Shown piece after piece: positions 40,501-51,833 of a stretch of 64,000 nt of DNA. The notes below the pieces were generated by a model. The model was not told the DNA's origin, did no database searches, and saw nothing but the letters and a program-made list of their open reading frames with translations. Origin of the DNA: Polyangiales bacterium (GTDB taxonomy: Bacteria > Myxococcota_A > Polyangia > Polyangiales > JADJQN01). Each line of letters starts with the position of its first letter. The stretch's first letter is position 1. A program made the translations under genes and the position numbers. The stretch is from the NCBI GenBank assembly GCA_964202905.1, contig CAXNJO010000005.1:288001-352000 (forward strand). Reading direction: 5' to 3'.

Positions 40501-42386
40501 GCGCGCGCTGCGGCGACGGCACGGTGAACGGCCCCGAGGCCTGCGACGACGGCAACACGTCGAACACCGACGCCTGCACCAACACCTGTGTCGCCGCGCG
40601 CTGCGGCGACGGCGTCATCCGCGCGGGCACGGAGACCTGCGACGACGGCAACATGGTGAACACCGACGCCTGCACCAACACCTGCGCGGCGGCGCGCTGC
40701 GGTGACGGCTTCGTGCGCGCAGGCACCGAGACGTGCGACGACGGCAACACCTCCAACGGCGACGCCTGCACCAACGCGTGCAACGCGGCGACCTGCGGCG
40801 ATGGCTACACCTGGGTCGGCGTCGAGACCTGCGACGACGGCAACACCGTCAATACCGACGCCTGCCCGAACAGCTGCGCGGGCGCCGTGTGCGGCGACGG
40901 AATCGTGCAGTCGGGCGAGGCCTGCGACGACGCCAACACGGTGAACACCGACGCCTGCACCAACACCTGCGCCAGCGCGCGCTGCGGCGACGGATTCACG
41001 CAGACCGGCGTCGAGGCCTGTGACGACGCCAACACGGTGAACACCGACGCCTGCACCAACACCTGTGTGGTGGCCACGTGCGGCGACGGCTTCGTGCAGA
41101 TGGGCGTCGAGGCCTGCGACGACGGCAACATGGTGAACACCGACGCCTGCACCAACCTGTGTGTCCTCGCGCGCTGCGGCGACGGAATCGTGCAGTCGGG
41201 CGAGGCCTGCGACGACGGCAATGCCATCGACACCGACGCCTGCAGCAACAGCTGTCGCGCTGCGGCGTGCGGTGACGGCGTCGTGCAGATGGGCGAGCAG
41301 TGCGACGACGGGAACCTGGTCCCCGACGACGCGTGTTCGAATGCGTGTCTCAACGCGCGCTGCGGCGACGGGATCCGGCAGTCGGGCGAAGCCTGCGACG
41401 ATGGCAATGCCGACGACACCGACGCCTGCACGTCGATGTGCCGTGTCGCGGCCTGCGGCGACGGAATCGTGCAATCCGGCGAGCAGTGCGACGACGGCAA
41501 CACCGTGAACACCGACGCCTGCACCGCGTCGTGCACGACCGCGCGCTGCGGCGACGGCGTGACGCAGCTCGGCGTCGAGGACTGCGACGACGGCAACGCC
41601 TCCAACACCGACGCCTGCGTCGACAGCTGCGTCGCGGCCGCGTGCGGCGACGGCTATCTGCGCAGCGGCGTCGAGGCCTGCGACGACGGCAACACCGTCG
41701 AGGGCGACGGCTGCACTGCGATGTGCGCCCTCGCGAGCTGCGGCGACGGCACCGTGCAGTCGCCCGAGGCCTGCGACGACGGCAACGCCTCGAACCTCGA
41801 CGGTTGCCTCTCGACCTGCCTGCTCGCGAGCTGTGGCGACGGCTTCCGCCGCGTCGGCACCGAGGCCTGCGACGACGGCAACGGCGACGACACCGACGCC
41901 TGCCTCACCACCTGCCAGAGCGCGAGCTGCGGCGACGGCTTCGTGCAGATGGGCGTCGAGGCCTGCGACGACGGCAACGGCGAGGACACCGACGCCTGCC
42001 TCGTCACCTGCGAGAGCGCCGCGTGCGGCGACGGCTTCGTGCAGACGGGCGTCGAGACCTGCGACGACGCCAACACCACCCCCGGCGACGGCTGCAACGC
42101 CTCGTGCGTGCGCGAAGAGCCCATGCCCGACGGCGGGATCCCCGACGCAGGCAGTTCCGACGCGGGCAGCCCCGACATGGGCGCCGACGATCTCGGCGTG
42201 GGCGACGCGGGCACGGGCGACGCGAGTGCACTCCCCGACACGCGTCGCGACGACGGCGGCTGCGGCTGCCGCATCGCAGGCGCCGCGACTCCCACGCACG
42301 GCGGAGCGCGGGATTCGAGCATCGGATTCTTCGCCGTGCTCGCGCTGCTCGGCGTGGTTCGCCTCACGCGCCGTCGGCGGGGCTGA
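37512..42386 (+). CDS. 1624-aa surface protein: three beta-helix modules, choice-of-anchor Q-like segment, 18 DUF4215 Cys repeats, MYXO-CTERM
   Basis: Signal [12 protein letters not shown] and GSWxG beta-helix caps; [12 protein letters not shown]...DLGAYE; 18 CGDG..E.CD repeats; GGCGC-linker-TM-RRRR tail. Confidence 0.88.
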   Translation: MNRFLSRSPSTLLAATLAACAALFAAGTADAQTTISGGNVINQTWTTAGSPYTVQGDIIVPAGAFLTIESGVEVRFTTTDALAANSDTARVELIVRGQLTVNGTAGSPVRFRSTTGTAAGSWVGLIVESGATSASIQGAIIEHAANGLRTSLPGLTLTDSTVRTNANGLLIAAGNPTLANITATGNSTGIRVETAGALSLQGCLLTGNTTGIEVLQSAGSAASSAAGCTIDAQTSVGVLTNSAAGGVFNLSNSIVTNGGSYGVYRQSSGTFNVTYSDVWNNPSGNTFNLTLGTGCFNANPLFVSATNRRLTSNSPARFAGMSGEDLGFLPYVSDATVGLLGTLWVNTTLPSGTNTLLGDLTVAPGVTLTVPAGATVSAATTDQMRAYTDTSRVELRVFGTLIAVGTSGSPITFTSAGTAAGSWYGVEFQSTAPAGSRIEQAVIEEAASGIHHRSTAAQIVRETTFRTNANGLLIATGTPTLANLTGTNNATAIRVESTGALALVGCLLTGNTTGIEVLQNASSAASSAAGCTIDAQTSVGVLTNSAAGGVFNLSNSIVTNGGSYGVYRQSSGTFNVTYSDVWNNPSGNTFNLTLGTGCFNANPLFVSATNRRLTSNSPARFAGMSGEDLGFLPYVSDATVGLLGTLWVNTTLPSGTNTLLGDLTVAPGVTLTVPAGATVSAATTDQMRAYTDTSRVELRVFGTLIAVGTSGSPITFTSAGTAAGSWYGVEFQSSAPAGSRIEYAVFEEAASGLHHRSTAAQIVRDVTFRTNANGLLIAAGTPALENLTGTNNSTAIRVESAGALALANCLLTGNTTGIEVLQNAGSAPSNASGCTIDAQTSVGVLTNSASGGVFNLSNSIVTNGGSYGVYRQSGGTFNVTYSDVWNNPSGNTFNLTLGTGCFSANPQYVAPTDRHLQPSSVAIDVGTATGAPAFDLERRTRPLNGDGLGGAAHDLGAYEYAPLVFCGDGIVQSGETCDSGASNGSYGACNSTCTGLGARCGDGTVNGPEACDDGNTSNTDACTNTCVAARCGDGVIRAGTETCDDGNMVNTDACTNTCAAARCGDGFVRAGTETCDDGNTSNGDACTNACNAATCGDGYTWVGVETCDDGNTVNTDACPNSCAGAVCGDGIVQSGEACDDANTVNTDACTNTCASARCGDGFTQTGVEACDDANTVNTDACTNTCVVATCGDGFVQMGVEACDDGNMVNTDACTNLCVLARCGDGIVQSGEACDDGNAIDTDACSNSCRAAACGDGVVQMGEQCDDGNLVPDDACSNACLNARCGDGIRQSGEACDDGNADDTDACTSMCRVAACGDGIVQSGEQCDDGNTVNTDACTASCTTARCGDGVTQLGVEDCDDGNASNTDACVDSCVAAACGDGYLRSGVEACDDGNTVEGDGCTAMCALASCGDGTVQSPEACDDGNASNLDGCLSTCLLASCGDGFRRVGTEACDDGNGDDTDACLTTCQSASCGDGFVQMGVEACDDGNGEDTDACLVTCESAACGDGFVQTGVETCDDANTTPGDGCNASCVREEPMPDGGIPDAGSSDAGSPDMGADDLGVGDAGTGDASALPDTRRDDGGCGCRIAGAATPTHGGARDSSIGFFAVLALLGVVRLTRRRRG
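38115..40218 (+). repeat. 909-bp in-frame tandem repeat (about 2.3 copies)
   Basis: Equivalent positions at 38115, 39024 and 39933; long stretches match base for base, including synonymous sites. Confidence 0.92.
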
Positions 42387-42508
42387 GGCGTGCGACACGA
42401 GCCCGAGATCGAGGCGGCCCGTCTCGCGCGGCCCGCCTCCTCCGCGCGCCTCGAGACCGCGACGTTCGTGCGTCCGCCCACGGCCCACGCAGGGAGTCTG
42501 CGTATCCC

Positions 42509-42631
42509 GTGCTGATCGCCTCGTGCGGCGCGGTCCTCACGATGGCGCTCGGCGTGCTCGGGCTGCTCGCGCCTGCGCGCGCGGCGCGGCTCGTCGGCCT
42601 CACCCCGCAAGGCGCGCTGCGCTTCGCCTGA
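42509..42631 (+). pseudogene. Truncated DUF4345-like membrane protein fragment
   Basis: 40 aa VLIASCGAVLTMALGVLGLLAPARAARLVGLTPQG then stop; resembles only the first TM of that family. Confidence 0.4.
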
Positions 42632-42792
42632 GCAAGACGCGCATCCGTCCGCATCGCGCGCGGCGGCCTCAGCGGTCGTCGAACTGCCCGTGTCGGCCCG
42701 CGCCTCCGAGGAGGCGACGGGCGCCGTCACGGCACCGCCCCCGCGAGCGCCCATGCCGGGGTGAGGGCCGGGTGCGTCGATCGCGGCGGCGA

Positions 42793-43140
42793 TCACGCGT
42801 CTCCGTCGAGGAGGCCGCCACGCGCAGCGGGCCGCCCCTCCCGCGAAGACTCGAGTTGACCGAACCACGCGCGCAGCGCCGCGAGCGGGCGCGCGTCGAG
42901 CGCATAGACGCGGCGACGCCCGTCGCGACGCACGACGACGAGCCCCGCCTCCCGCAGGACCTTGAGGTGCTGCGAGAGCGCGGGCTGGCTCGAGGCGTCG
43001 AGCTGCGCGAGCAATTCCCCCACCGAACGCTCGCCCTCGCCGAGCAGCGCGAGGATGCGCCGCCGCGTGCCATCGCCGAGCGCGTGGAAGGCGGGCGACG
43101 TGGGGGGCGCAGGCGGGGTGTGGATGCCGGGACGCGTCGC
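42793..43140 (-). CDS. ArsR/SmtB-family transcriptional regulator (no canonical start codon visible)
   Basis: FHALGDGTRRRIL-LL...SVGEL...SQPALSQHLKVLREAGLV...GRRRVY. Confidence 0.8.
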   Translation of the reverse strand, partial: ATRPGIHTPPAPPTSPAFHALGDGTRRRILALLGEGERSVGELLAQLDASSQPALSQHLKVLREAGLVVVRRDGRRRVYALDARPLAALRAWFGQLESSREGRPAARGGLLDGDA

Positions 43141-43145
43141 CGAGG

Positions 43146-43161
43146 ATAAGTGACGACTTAT
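43146..43161. promoter_or_regulatory. Candidate ArsR autoregulatory operator
   Basis: AT-rich perfect dyad ATAAGT-GACG-ACTTAT directly upstream of the ArsR domain. Confidence 0.6.
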
Positions 43162-43780
43162 GCGTGAACCAGCCCCCGGCGGCACGGGCGCCCCGAGCCC
43201 CGCGGACGACCAGCGCGACGAGGCGATCGACGAAGGCGGGCGTGGCGCGGGCCTGCTCGACGAAGAGGCGATGCGTGATCGCGCCGGCCACGGCGGTCGC
43301 GGCCATGCGCACATCGGCTTCTGCGGTGAGCTCGCCGCGCGCGACGGCCCGCCGAAAGAGCGCGCGGGGCCCCGCCTCGCGACCGCGGCGCAGCGACGCG
43401 ATCAGCAGGCGCACCTCGGGATCCGCGCCGTCCGCGAAGAGCGTCCGCAGCACGCCGCGCCCGACGGGCGAATCGGCGAACGCGGCCGCACGGCGCACGA
43501 AGGCGCGCATGTCCGCGTGCAGCGAGCCGTCGTCCGGGAGCGGCGCGTCGTGTCCCATCGCCCGGGCGAGCGCGGCCGCGACGAGCGCGCCCTTCGTGGG
43601 CCAGCGCCGATACACGCTCGTCTTGTGGAGGCCGGCCCGCGCCGACACCGCCGGCACGCTCAGCCGATGCAGGCCGACCCGCGCGAGCTCGTCGAGCGTG
43701 ACCTCGAGCACGCGCGCGACGACCGGCTCACCACGGCGCGCACGCAGCGCGGACGATGTGTCAGCGGCTCGCGACCTCAT
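43158..43780 (-). CDS. TetR/AcrR-family regulator (3' end uncertain)
   Basis: LSVPAVSARAGLHKTSVYRRWPTKGAL HTH and AVARGEL; ATGA overlap with the upstream desaturase; no in-frame stop, with an out-of-frame TAA at 43158-43160. Confidence 0.8.
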
Positions 43781-44578
43781 GCGCGCCCCCCGCGCGTGTC
43801 CGAGTCGGTCCCTCGGCTGCGCGTGACGAAGGCCTGCTCGTAGTCGGCGATCTCCGCGCCGAAGAGGCGATCCCACAGGCGCGTGTGGAGCCCGAAGTTC
43901 CCGCGGGAGCGCGTGTGATGGAGGCTGTGAAACGTCGCCGTGTTGATGAAGCGCAACACCAGCACCTTCAGCGAGCCAAGCGGGGAGGACCTCGTAGCCG
44001 AGGTGCGCCATGACGTTGTTCGCGAGGCCGAGCGCCTGGAGCACGGCGATCGACGCCATCGGGATCGGCAGGACCACGGCCGCGGGGACGACCCACGCGC
44101 CGAGCAGCACGGCCTCTACGACGTGAAACGAGTACGAGGTGAACGGGTTCACGTCGACGCTGCGGTGATGCACGACGTGGATGTGGCGGAAGAGCCGCGG
44201 GTGATGCAGCAGGCGGTGCCAGCCGTAGAACCACGCGTCGTTGAAGAAGAAGCCCGCGACGCACCAGCCCGCCACCACGAGGGGCGCAGCGGGCCCGTCG
44301 TGCAGCCGCGTGAGCCCCGCGGCGTGCAGGCCCACCACCGCACCCGCGCTCGCCGTGCCCGCGACGAGCGTGACGAGCGTGTGGCCGATCTCGCGACGGA
44401 GCTGGCGCGCATCGACGCGCGCGGGCGCCGGGATGCGCGCGGTCCGAAAGCGCACGCGGCCGAGCCGCCAGACGCCGACGAAGAGCCCACCGACGACCAC
44501 GAAGTAGCCGAGCACCTGCGCGACGAGGTTCTGGGCGAGCCAGGGCAGAAGCTCAGCGGAGGTGGGCATGGCGTCCAT
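43777..44578 (-). CDS. Sterol desaturase / fatty-acid hydroxylase family (frameshift about 43970)
   Basis: His boxes HRLLH and HVVHH, then HSLHH...NFG...WDRLFG in a shifted frame. Confidence 0.85.
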
Positions 44579-44596
44579 CGCGCGAGGCTAGCGAAC

Positions 44597-44627
44597 GCAA
44601 CTCAAGGTTGCAATCGCTCGGGTTGCA
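44597..44627. promoter_or_regulatory. Candidate TetR operator(s)
   Basis: GCAAC-TCAAG-GTTGC dyad with an overlapping GCAAT-N7-GTTGC, about 20 bp upstream of the desaturase-tetR operon. Confidence 0.5.
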
Positions 44628-44848
44628 TCACACCCGCGATCGGCGCGCGCGCGGAACGTCGACCGGCACGACGACCGCCACGACGACGGCGCTCGTTGCC
44701 TCCGCTCCGGCGACGACGGCGCGTCACCCGGCGCCGCGCCGATCTACGCTCCACGCTCTGCGCCACGCGCACCCCGCTCCTCCGGCTCGGCCGCGGCGGG
44801 CTGGTCCCGGAACGTCGCTGACGCCAACACCCCGCCTCCCGCACACGC

Positions 44849-45718
44849 ATGCACACCTCCCCCGACGCACCGCACGCTCTCCCGCTCACGGCGGATGACG
44901 GATATCCGCTCATGGCGCAGGTCCACCCCGCGCAGGGCCCCGAACGCGCGCGCATCGTCATCGCCGGCGCCACCGCCGTCCCGCAGCGCTTCTATCGGCC
45001 CTTCGCGGCGTTCGCGGCCGAGCGTGGGTATTCGACGCTCACGCTCGATTACCGCGGCATCGGGCTATCCCGCCCGGAATCCCTGCGCGGCTTCGAGATG
45101 AACTATCTCGACTGGGCACGTCTCGATCTGCCCGCGGCGATCGACGCCCTCGCCGCACCGGGAATCCCGCTCTTCTACGTCGGTCACTCGTATGGCGGTC
45201 ACGCCTTCGGCCTGCTGCCGAATCCCGAGCGCGTGTCGCGCGTCTACACCTTCGGCACGGGCGCGGGCTGGGTGGGGTGGATGCCGCCGCTCGAGCGCGT
45301 ACGCGTCCTCGCGCTCTGGTATGTGATCGGACCGCTGCTCGTGCGCACGCACGGATATCTCGCGTGGAAGCGGCTCGGGCTCGGCGAGGATCTGCCGCTC
45401 GGCGTCTACCGCGACTGGAAGCGCTGGTGCGCCCATCCCCGCTATTTCTTCGATGTGCCGGAGCTGCGCGACGAGGTCACTCGCCTCTTCGACCGCGTCC
45501 GCACACCCATCGTCGCCGCCAACGCGCTCGACGACCTCTGGGCGCTACCCGCCTCGCGCGACGCCTTCCTGGCGGGATATCGACACGCCCCGGTGCGCAC
45601 CGTCGACATCGATCCACAAACGCGCGGAATCGGCCCCATCGGACACATGGGCTATTTCCACCGGCGGGCGCAGCCGCTCTGGGAAGAGGTCTTGAGCTGG
45701 TTCGAAGAAGCGAGGTGA
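44849..45718 (+). CDS. Predicted alpha/beta hydrolase (COG4757-like)
   Basis: GATAVPQRFY, DYRGIG, VGHSYGG and IGHMGYF motifs. Confidence 0.88.
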   Translation: MHTSPDAPHALPLTADDGYPLMAQVHPAQGPERARIVIAGATAVPQRFYRPFAAFAAERGYSTLTLDYRGIGLSRPESLRGFEMNYLDWARLDLPAAIDALAAPGIPLFYVGHSYGGHAFGLLPNPERVSRVYTFGTGAGWVGWMPPLERVRVLALWYVIGPLLVRTHGYLAWKRLGLGEDLPLGVYRDWKRWCAHPRYFFDVPELRDEVTRLFDRVRTPIVAANALDDLWALPASRDAFLAGYRHAPVRTVDIDPQTRGIGPIGHMGYFHRRAQPLWEEVLSWFEEAR

Positions 45719-45726
45719 GCTCACCC

Positions 45727-46158
45727 TCACGCCAGCGCGAGACCGACCCGCACGACGAGCGCGAGCAGCGCGAGCGACGAGAAGAGAAAGAGCGCGAACC
45801 GCACCTCGATCTTGTTCACCGTCGCCTGAAAGACGCTGTGCACGACGCGCAGCGCGACGTACGCCCACGCGAGGCCGAGCTCGACCGCGCCGCACGCCGG
45901 CAAGAGCGCGGCGATGATCACGAGGGAATAGAAGAGCGTCGGCTGCTCGAAGAGGTGATTGTAGTTGTCGGCCTTCCAGCGCACCGAGGGCGGGAGCGTC
46001 GCCATCTGCTCACCGCGCGCGACGTTCGCGTCGAGCGTCATCTGCGCGCGCCGGATGGCGGGGAGGCGCGTCACGTACATCCACGTCCACATGACGAAGG
46101 TCCACGCCGCGAGCGCGACGGCGGGCACGAGCAAGGCACGATTCACGACGACGTCCAT
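45727..46158 (-). CDS. MAPEG-family membrane protein
   Basis: ADNYNHLFEQPTLFY and LAWAYVALRVVHS motifs. Confidence 0.88.
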   Translation of the reverse strand: MDVVVNRALLVPAVALAAWTFVMWTWMYVTRLPAIRRAQMTLDANVARGEQMATLPPSVRWKADNYNHLFEQPTLFYSLVIIAALLPACGAVELGLAWAYVALRVVHSVFQATVNKIEVRFALFLFSSLALLALVVRVGLALA

Positions 46159-46225
46159 GGGCGGCTCCGCGGGTCTGGAGGGGATACGAGACATCCACGC
46201 TCGTCTCCACGAGCGCATGAAGAAC

Positions 46226-46954
46226 TCAGCGTGCCGGGAGGAGCCACCGCGTGAGTGCGTGCGCCGCGAGGGCGCCGACGAGCTGTGCGGCGATGAACCC
46301 CGGTGCGTCGCCGGGGCGGATGCCGGCGAAGGTATCCGTCGCCGTGCGCGCGAGCGTCACCGCGGGATTCGCGAATGAGGTCGAGGCCGTGAACCAATAT
46401 GCGGACGTGATGTAGAGGCCCACGGCGAGCGGCGTCGCCTCCGCGCGGCTGCGCGAGACGGCGCGGATCACGAGCACGAGGCCGAACGTCGCGACGAGCT
46501 CGCTCCACCACTGCGCAGGGCCGGTGCGCGCGTGCGTCGAGGCGAAATACACCGCGCGCTCCGCGAACATCGCGTGTGCGGCGGCGACGCCCGCGAAGCC
46601 CCCCGCGAGCTGCGCGGCGACGTACGCGAGCGCGGTGCGCGGCGCGAGCGCGCCCGCGAGGGATTCGACGAGGGTGACGGCCGGGTTGAAGTGCGCGCCC
46701 GAGATCGGCCCGAAAGAAAGGATGAGCGCGACCAGCCCCGCGCCGGTCGCGACGGTGTTCGCGAGCAGCGCGATCGCCACGTTCCCGCCCGCGAGCCGCT
46801 CGCCCATGATCCCCGAGCCGACGACGACTGCGAGCAGCAGCGCAGTGCCGAGCACCTCGGCGACGAGCGCGCGAGGGAGTGACGCGGGCGCGGGCGCGGC
46901 CGCGGCCGCATCCGAAGACGCACGAGATTCGCGGGTGGGTGGAGACTTGCGCAT
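46226..46954 (-). CDS. MIP/aquaporin-family channel (AqpS-like, ars-associated clade)
   Basis: AEVLGT-LL-VVVGSGIM, SGAHFNPAVT and AYWFTASTSFANPAVT motifs. Confidence 0.9.
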   Translation of the reverse strand: MRKSPPTRESRASSDAAAAAPAPASLPRALVAEVLGTALLLAVVVGSGIMGERLAGGNVAIALLANTVATGAGLVALILSFGPISGAHFNPAVTLVESLAGALAPRTALAYVAAQLAGGFAGVAAAHAMFAERAVYFASTHARTGPAQWWSELVATFGLVLVIRAVSRSRAEATPLAVGLYITSAYWFTASTSFANPAVTLARTATDTFAGIRPGDAPGFIAAQLVGALAAHALTRWLLPAR

Positions 46955-46990
46955 GGCGGCGCGAGGATAGCGTCGATAGAGTGCGGCGCG

Positions 46991-47665
46991 ATGATCCCGC
47001 GCGTCGTGCTCGGAGAGTCGGTGACGCCGGATGGCGCGCCCCTCACGCTCACGCGCGAGGGGGTGTCGCTCGTCGTGCGCATCTCGGGCGTGCCGCTCAT
47101 GTCGAGCCGCGTGCACGGGTCCGAGGAGGCGATGGCCGAGGTGGGCTGTGCAGGGCTCGCGGCGCGCGCGGATGCGCGCGTCCTCGTCGGCGGGCTCGGC
47201 ATGGGCTTCACGCTGCGCGCCGTGCTCGACGCGCTCGCCGCGGAGGGGGAGGTCGTCGTCGCCGAGCTGCTGCCCGTGCTCGTGCAGTGGAACCGCGGGC
47301 CGCTCGGGCCTCTCGCGAATCACCCGCTCGACGATCCGCGCACACGGCTCTTCGAGGGCGATGTGCGGATTCCGATCCGCAGTCCGGAATCAGGCTTCGA
47401 CGCGATCCTGCTCGATGTGGACAATGGCCCCGAGGCCTTCACCGTCGCGTCGAACGCCGCGCTCTACGGCCGCGCAGGGCTCGCGCGCCTCCGCGACGCG
47501 CTGCGGCCCGGCGGGCGGCTCGTGGTGTGGTCGGCGGTCGAGAGCCCCGCGTTTCAGCATGCGCTCCGGAGCGCGGGATTCCGCGAGGAGGTGCGCGCCG
47601 TGCGCGCGCGCGGTGCCGTGCGCAAGGGCGCGCGACACTGGCTCTTCGTCGGTCAACGGGGGTGA
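46991..47665 (+). CDS. Spermidine synthase-like SAM-dependent transferase
   Basis: LMSSR-HGSE, VLVGGLGMGFT and FDAILLDVDNGP motifs. Confidence 0.85.
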   Translation: MIPRVVLGESVTPDGAPLTLTREGVSLVVRISGVPLMSSRVHGSEEAMAEVGCAGLAARADARVLVGGLGMGFTLRAVLDALAAEGEVVVAELLPVLVQWNRGPLGPLANHPLDDPRTRLFEGDVRIPIRSPESGFDAILLDVDNGPEAFTVASNAALYGRAGLARLRDALRPGGRLVVWSAVESPAFQHALRSAGFREEVRAVRARGAVRKGARHWLFVGQRG

Positions 47666-47697
47666 GGGACGGGCGGCGCGTCGACGCGCGCTGCGGC

Positions 47698-48165
47698 TCA
47701 CCTGCCGTCGCGAGAGGGCGACGCGTCCGCACCGACGCGCAGCCCCTCGAGGAGCGCGTCGAGTTCCGGAAGGCGCGAAGCGACGGTGTCGCGCGCGCTG
47801 CGAAATCGCGTGAGGAGCGCGTCGTGGGTGAGCGAGGGGTCGTGGCTCGCCGGATCGGGGATGGGCCAATGCAGGCGCCGCGCGCGGCCGAGGAAGACCG
47901 GACACACCTCTTCGGCGCAGAGGGTGATGACCAGATCGACCCCGGCTGGATCGATGTCCGCGACGGACTTCGAGCGTTGTCCCCCGGCGTCGAGGTCGAT
48001 CTCGCGGAGCACGTCGATCGCGAACGGATTCACGCGGGAAGGGGCGCTACCCGCGCTCTCGACGCGGGCGCGCGCACCGAAGCGGGCGCGTGCGAGGCAT
48101 TCCGCGAGCTGACTGCGCGCGGAGTTCGCGACGCAGAGAAAGAGGATTCCAGGGATCTTCGACAT
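47698..48165 (-). CDS. arsC: Arsenate reductase ArsC (LMW-PTP fold)
   Basis: [17 protein letters not shown]-loop, [11 protein letters not shown] and HWPIPDP motifs. Confidence 0.85.
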   Translation of the reverse strand: MSKIPGILFLCVANSARSQLAECLARARFGARARVESAGSAPSRVNPFAIDVLREIDLDAGGQRSKSVADIDPAGVDLVITLCAEEVCPVFLGRARRLHWPIPDPASHDPSLTHDALLTRFRSARDTVASRLPELDALLEGLRVGADASPSRDGR

Positions 48166-48307
48166 CGCTTCACCGTCTTTCACCGATTCACTGCTCGTCA
48201 CTGCCGGAGCGGACGTCGTCCGTACCGGCGAGGATGCCTATCCCGAGGGCCGCAACTCGAGCGCGGCCAACCGTCCATCGTGCGCGTCACCGACTCGTCA
48301 CGCGCGC

Positions 48308-49911
48308 TCAGAGCCGCAACACCCGCACCGCGCGGCCGTTCGCCGTCGAATGTGCCTCTTCGCGCACGCGCTCCTCGAGCGGCGGCGCGTCGCTGCGCCG
48401 GTCGAAGAGCACGAGCACGCCCGCATCGAGCCCGACCCGCGCGAGGTATTCGTCGAGCTGCACGAGCCCCTCGGCGAGCGGGTCTTTGCGCTTGTCGCGC
48501 CACACCTTCATCTCGAGGGCTTCGCGCTGGAGCTGCTGTTTGCCGGCGGCGTCCGAATACGGCCATTCGATCAGCAGATCGATGCGGCGGCGGCCAATGC
48601 CGTATTCGCGCGACACCACCCCACCGCCGTTCACGACGCGCTGCAGATAGGCCATCAGCACGAGCTGTGCGCCTGATTCCGCGTACGTCGCGCCCTCGGT
48701 CATCGACTCGCCTTGCTCCACCCAGAAGGCCGCGAACTCGCGCAAGAGCACATCGATGTCGAAGCGGCCATCGGCGCGCACGAAGCGGCGCGGGTCGGCG
48801 GTCACGCTGCTCTGCGCCGACGCCGAGAGCACGCGCGCGATCACCTCGCGGTAGATGTCGTTCGCGACGCGCAGCGGCGGGTTCTTCACGAGCCCGAGAT
48901 CGACGACGTACGACACATCGTCGTTGAACACCGGGTCGACCGGCGCGAGCTCGCCGGCGAGCAGCGGCCCGATCACGCGCCGCACGCGCGGCTCGGCGAG
49001 CTTGCTCGCGAGCGAGTCGAGGTGCGTCGCGCGGGCGAGGATCAAACGCTCCTTCGTCGCCTCGACGTGGGCGCGCTCGATGGCGCCCGTCACGCCCATC
49101 TCGCTCACGACCTCGTTGGCGAGCGCGTTCACGAGCCACGGCTGGCCACCGGCGAGCTCCGAGAGGCGCGTGAGCGCGTCCTCGGTGATCTCCTGCCCCG
49201 TCGCGGCCGTGTGATGCCCGAGGAGCGCACGCACCTCCTCGTCCGAGAACGTGCCGAGCGTCAGCGACTTCAGCTTCACGTTGAACGGGCTCGCCGTACC
49301 GAGCCGATTCGCGTCACCGCCGCTCGCCATCTTGTAGTCGCGCACATCGCGCAGGCCGCACAGCATCACCGACCACGGCGCATGGCCCGGCCGCTTCGGG
49401 AAGCCCGCGCGGAGTTGGCGCAGCACCGCGATCAGGCTCTGCCCGCGCAGCGCGTCGATCTCATCGAGCAGCAGCACCACGCGCCGCGGGCAGCGGGCGC
49501 ACCACGCTGCCAGCACATCGGTGAGCAGCGTCGCCGAGTCGAGCGCGTCGGGGAGCGGACCGGGACGCAGCGACGCGGGCAAGCTGCAGCGCTGCCTCCT
49601 CGGCGAGGTACGCGCACCAGCGTCTCCTGGGCCGCGACCGTATCGTCCCCCGCCGCCTCCGCCGCCTCGCAGCTCATGTAGAGCGCGGCGTAGTCCTCGC
49701 CCACCGAGAGCGACTTCGCGAACGCCCGCAGGAACGTCGTCTTCCCCGACTGCCGCGGCGCGTGGAGGACGAAGTAGCCCCCCATCGCCACGATCCCCGG
49801 CGCCTCGGGCACGCGCGGGAGCGGCGGCACCATGTAGTGCTGATGCTCCTCGCACGGCCCCGTCGTGTTGAAGTACTTCGGAATCGGCGGATAGACGCGC
49901 TTCTCGACCAT
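48308..49911 (-). CDS. AAA-like ATPase with C-terminal PD-(D/E)XK-like domain (frameshift or deletion about 49600)
   Basis: FNTTGPC, APRQSGKTT (Walker A); shifted frame has LLLDEID (Walker B), ASPFN, GQPWLVNAL, REY-GRRRIDL and ALEMK. Confidence 0.8.
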
Positions 49912-50123
49912 GACCGCGCGCAGCGTATCACCGCGGCCCGCGGCCAGGCGGCGCGGAGCGAGGGCCGGACCGAGCAGAGCTGGGAGATCCGACGACGAAG
50001 TCTGGACGATCCCACGGCGAATCCTCAGACATGCCGCGACATGCGCGTCGTGCTCCGCACACGGTCCTCACACCTCACAGCGGGACACGTGGACAGCGGA
50101 CACTCACGCTCGTGTCCGCGCGC

Positions 50124-51589
50124 TCACTCTACCCAGCGGATGTCCGTGAAGCGGACTTCGCCCGAATCGACGGCCGGGCCGGAGACGGGTGGCAGTGTGG
50201 ACGCGAACGAGAAGAACGTGCCGTTGATGCGCACGCTCACGCGCCCTGGCGTGTAGTCGACCTCGAAGCGCCAGCCCCCGTCGACGGCTGCGGGGGCGAC
50301 GCCGACATCGTTCCAGCGGGCGGCACCGTTCACGTCGAAGCGCGCCAGCCGCCCGTCGCTCCGCACCACGAGCGCTTCCCAACGGGCCGCGCTCTCGTAG
50401 CCGAGCAGCACGCCCCCCGACCATCCGGGCTCGACCGGCGCGTCGAAGGCGAGCTCGAAACGTGAGAGCGAGTTCTTCACTCGCGCGATCGAGAACACTC
50501 CGGGACTGCGCCCGATCACGCGCGTCGCGTCCACGTGGGTCCACTCGACGTAGACCACGGACATCGGCTCCTGGTCCGCCTCGGCGAAGGCGCGCCACGC
50601 CGCCTCCTGCGCCGGTGGGGGCCCCGAAGGCCGCGACGAAGGCGTCCGTCGGCGCGGTGCCGCGATCGACGGCGCGGCGAAAATCGACGAACGCGGGCGC
50701 GAGGGGGCCGCCCTCGGCGCGCATCAGATAGCGGAAGACCGTTTGCGCCACCGGGCGTGAGGGCGACGATCGCGCCCGACACCACGTCGGCGAGGCTCGG
50801 TCCACCGGACGCGAGCTCGGTGCGCGCGGCGAGCGGCGTGTCCTCCTGACTCAACAGCGGGCGCGTCGCGAGGCGCGCGCATCGGCCGTCCCAGTCGTGC
50901 CGCGAGAGCGCCTCGGCGATCCCCTCGATGTACCAGAAGGGCAGAGACGGCGCGGCGCGCGTGAGGTCGTGAATCTGATGAACCGCCTCATGCACCAGCA
51001 GAACCTGCGTGTAATAGCGCGTGGGCTGCACGGCGAGATACGCGGTTTCGTTGCTCGGCTCGTAATAGCCGCCCGCCTCGCCCACGGCGCCGATTCCATC
51101 GGCGGACAGCCCCGCACGGAAGGACGCGGCGTCGCGAAACACCTTCACGCGCAGTGGCAGGCTCGCTGGCGTGAGCGCGCCATCGAAGATAGTGATTTGC
51201 TGCGCATAAGAGGCCTCGAGGAGCCGCGCCCACTCGCTCGCGCGCGCGGCGTCGGCCTCGGCCTCGAGTCGGTAATGCACGGTCGTCGCGACCACGCGCG
51301 TTCCCTCGTCGACCACCGCCACCGGGCCGTCGAAGCAACCCGGCGATGGCGCCGTGTCGGCGTCCGCGCCCGCGTCCGTGCCGGCACCGCCGTCACCATC
51401 GCGGCCCGCATCCGGCGCGCCTGCATCGATCCTCGCGATGTCCCCGGCGTCGGGGCCAAAGCCCGCGTCGGCCGGCCTCGTCTCCGCGTCACAACCCGCG
51501 ATCCCGAGGAATCCAGCGCCAAGCAGGCTGAATGCCCACCACGTCGGCGAATGCCATGCGCGCGAACGTCGGTGTACGGACGGATTCAC
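50124..51589 (-). CDS. Lipoprotein with HExxH metallopeptidase-like domain and C-terminal beta-sandwich (frameshifts about 50750 and 50600)
   Basis: Lipobox IAGC; GGYY, VLLVHEAVHQ and PFWYIEGIAE; coding-like sequence continues through two more frames to 50124. Confidence 0.7.
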
Positions 51590-51753
51590 GACGCCGCTTC
51601 CAGCATGGGGGCGGCCTTGGATGCGCCGTCAACGACGCCTGAGCTGACGGGCCTGCGCGCACAAACCTCGTGTTCCATCCCGCGACCCTACTACGACACG
51701 GACACCCCTCGAGCGACTCGTACGCGCTGTCCGGCGCCCGTTTTGACGACATG

Positions 51754-51797
51754 AAAACGACGAAGGGGGCACACCCTCCCAGGTGGCCCCCTCGTCG
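51754..51797 (-). terminator. Rho-independent terminator of the TonB operon
   Basis: Minus strand CGACGAGGGGGC-loop-GCCCCCTTCGTCG followed by TTTT, about 35 bp after the lipoprotein stop. Confidence 0.75.
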
Positions 51798-51833
51798 GGT
51801 CACGGCCTCATGGCCGCGTCTCGGGTGTGGCGA

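Noticed and set aside
40400..42110. Regularly spaced DNA repeats as a CRISPR array
   Set aside because: They are degenerate in-frame codons of DUF4215 repeats; there are no unique spacers and no cas genes.
41654..44578. 974-aa apparent desaturase-TetR fusion
   Set aside because: Produced by an indel near 43970. The third His box and the stop lie in another frame, with an ATGA overlap onto the tetR start.
48168..48203. Repeated TCAC(C/T)G units upstream of arsC
   Set aside because: Spacing is irregular and the units are too short to call a binding site.
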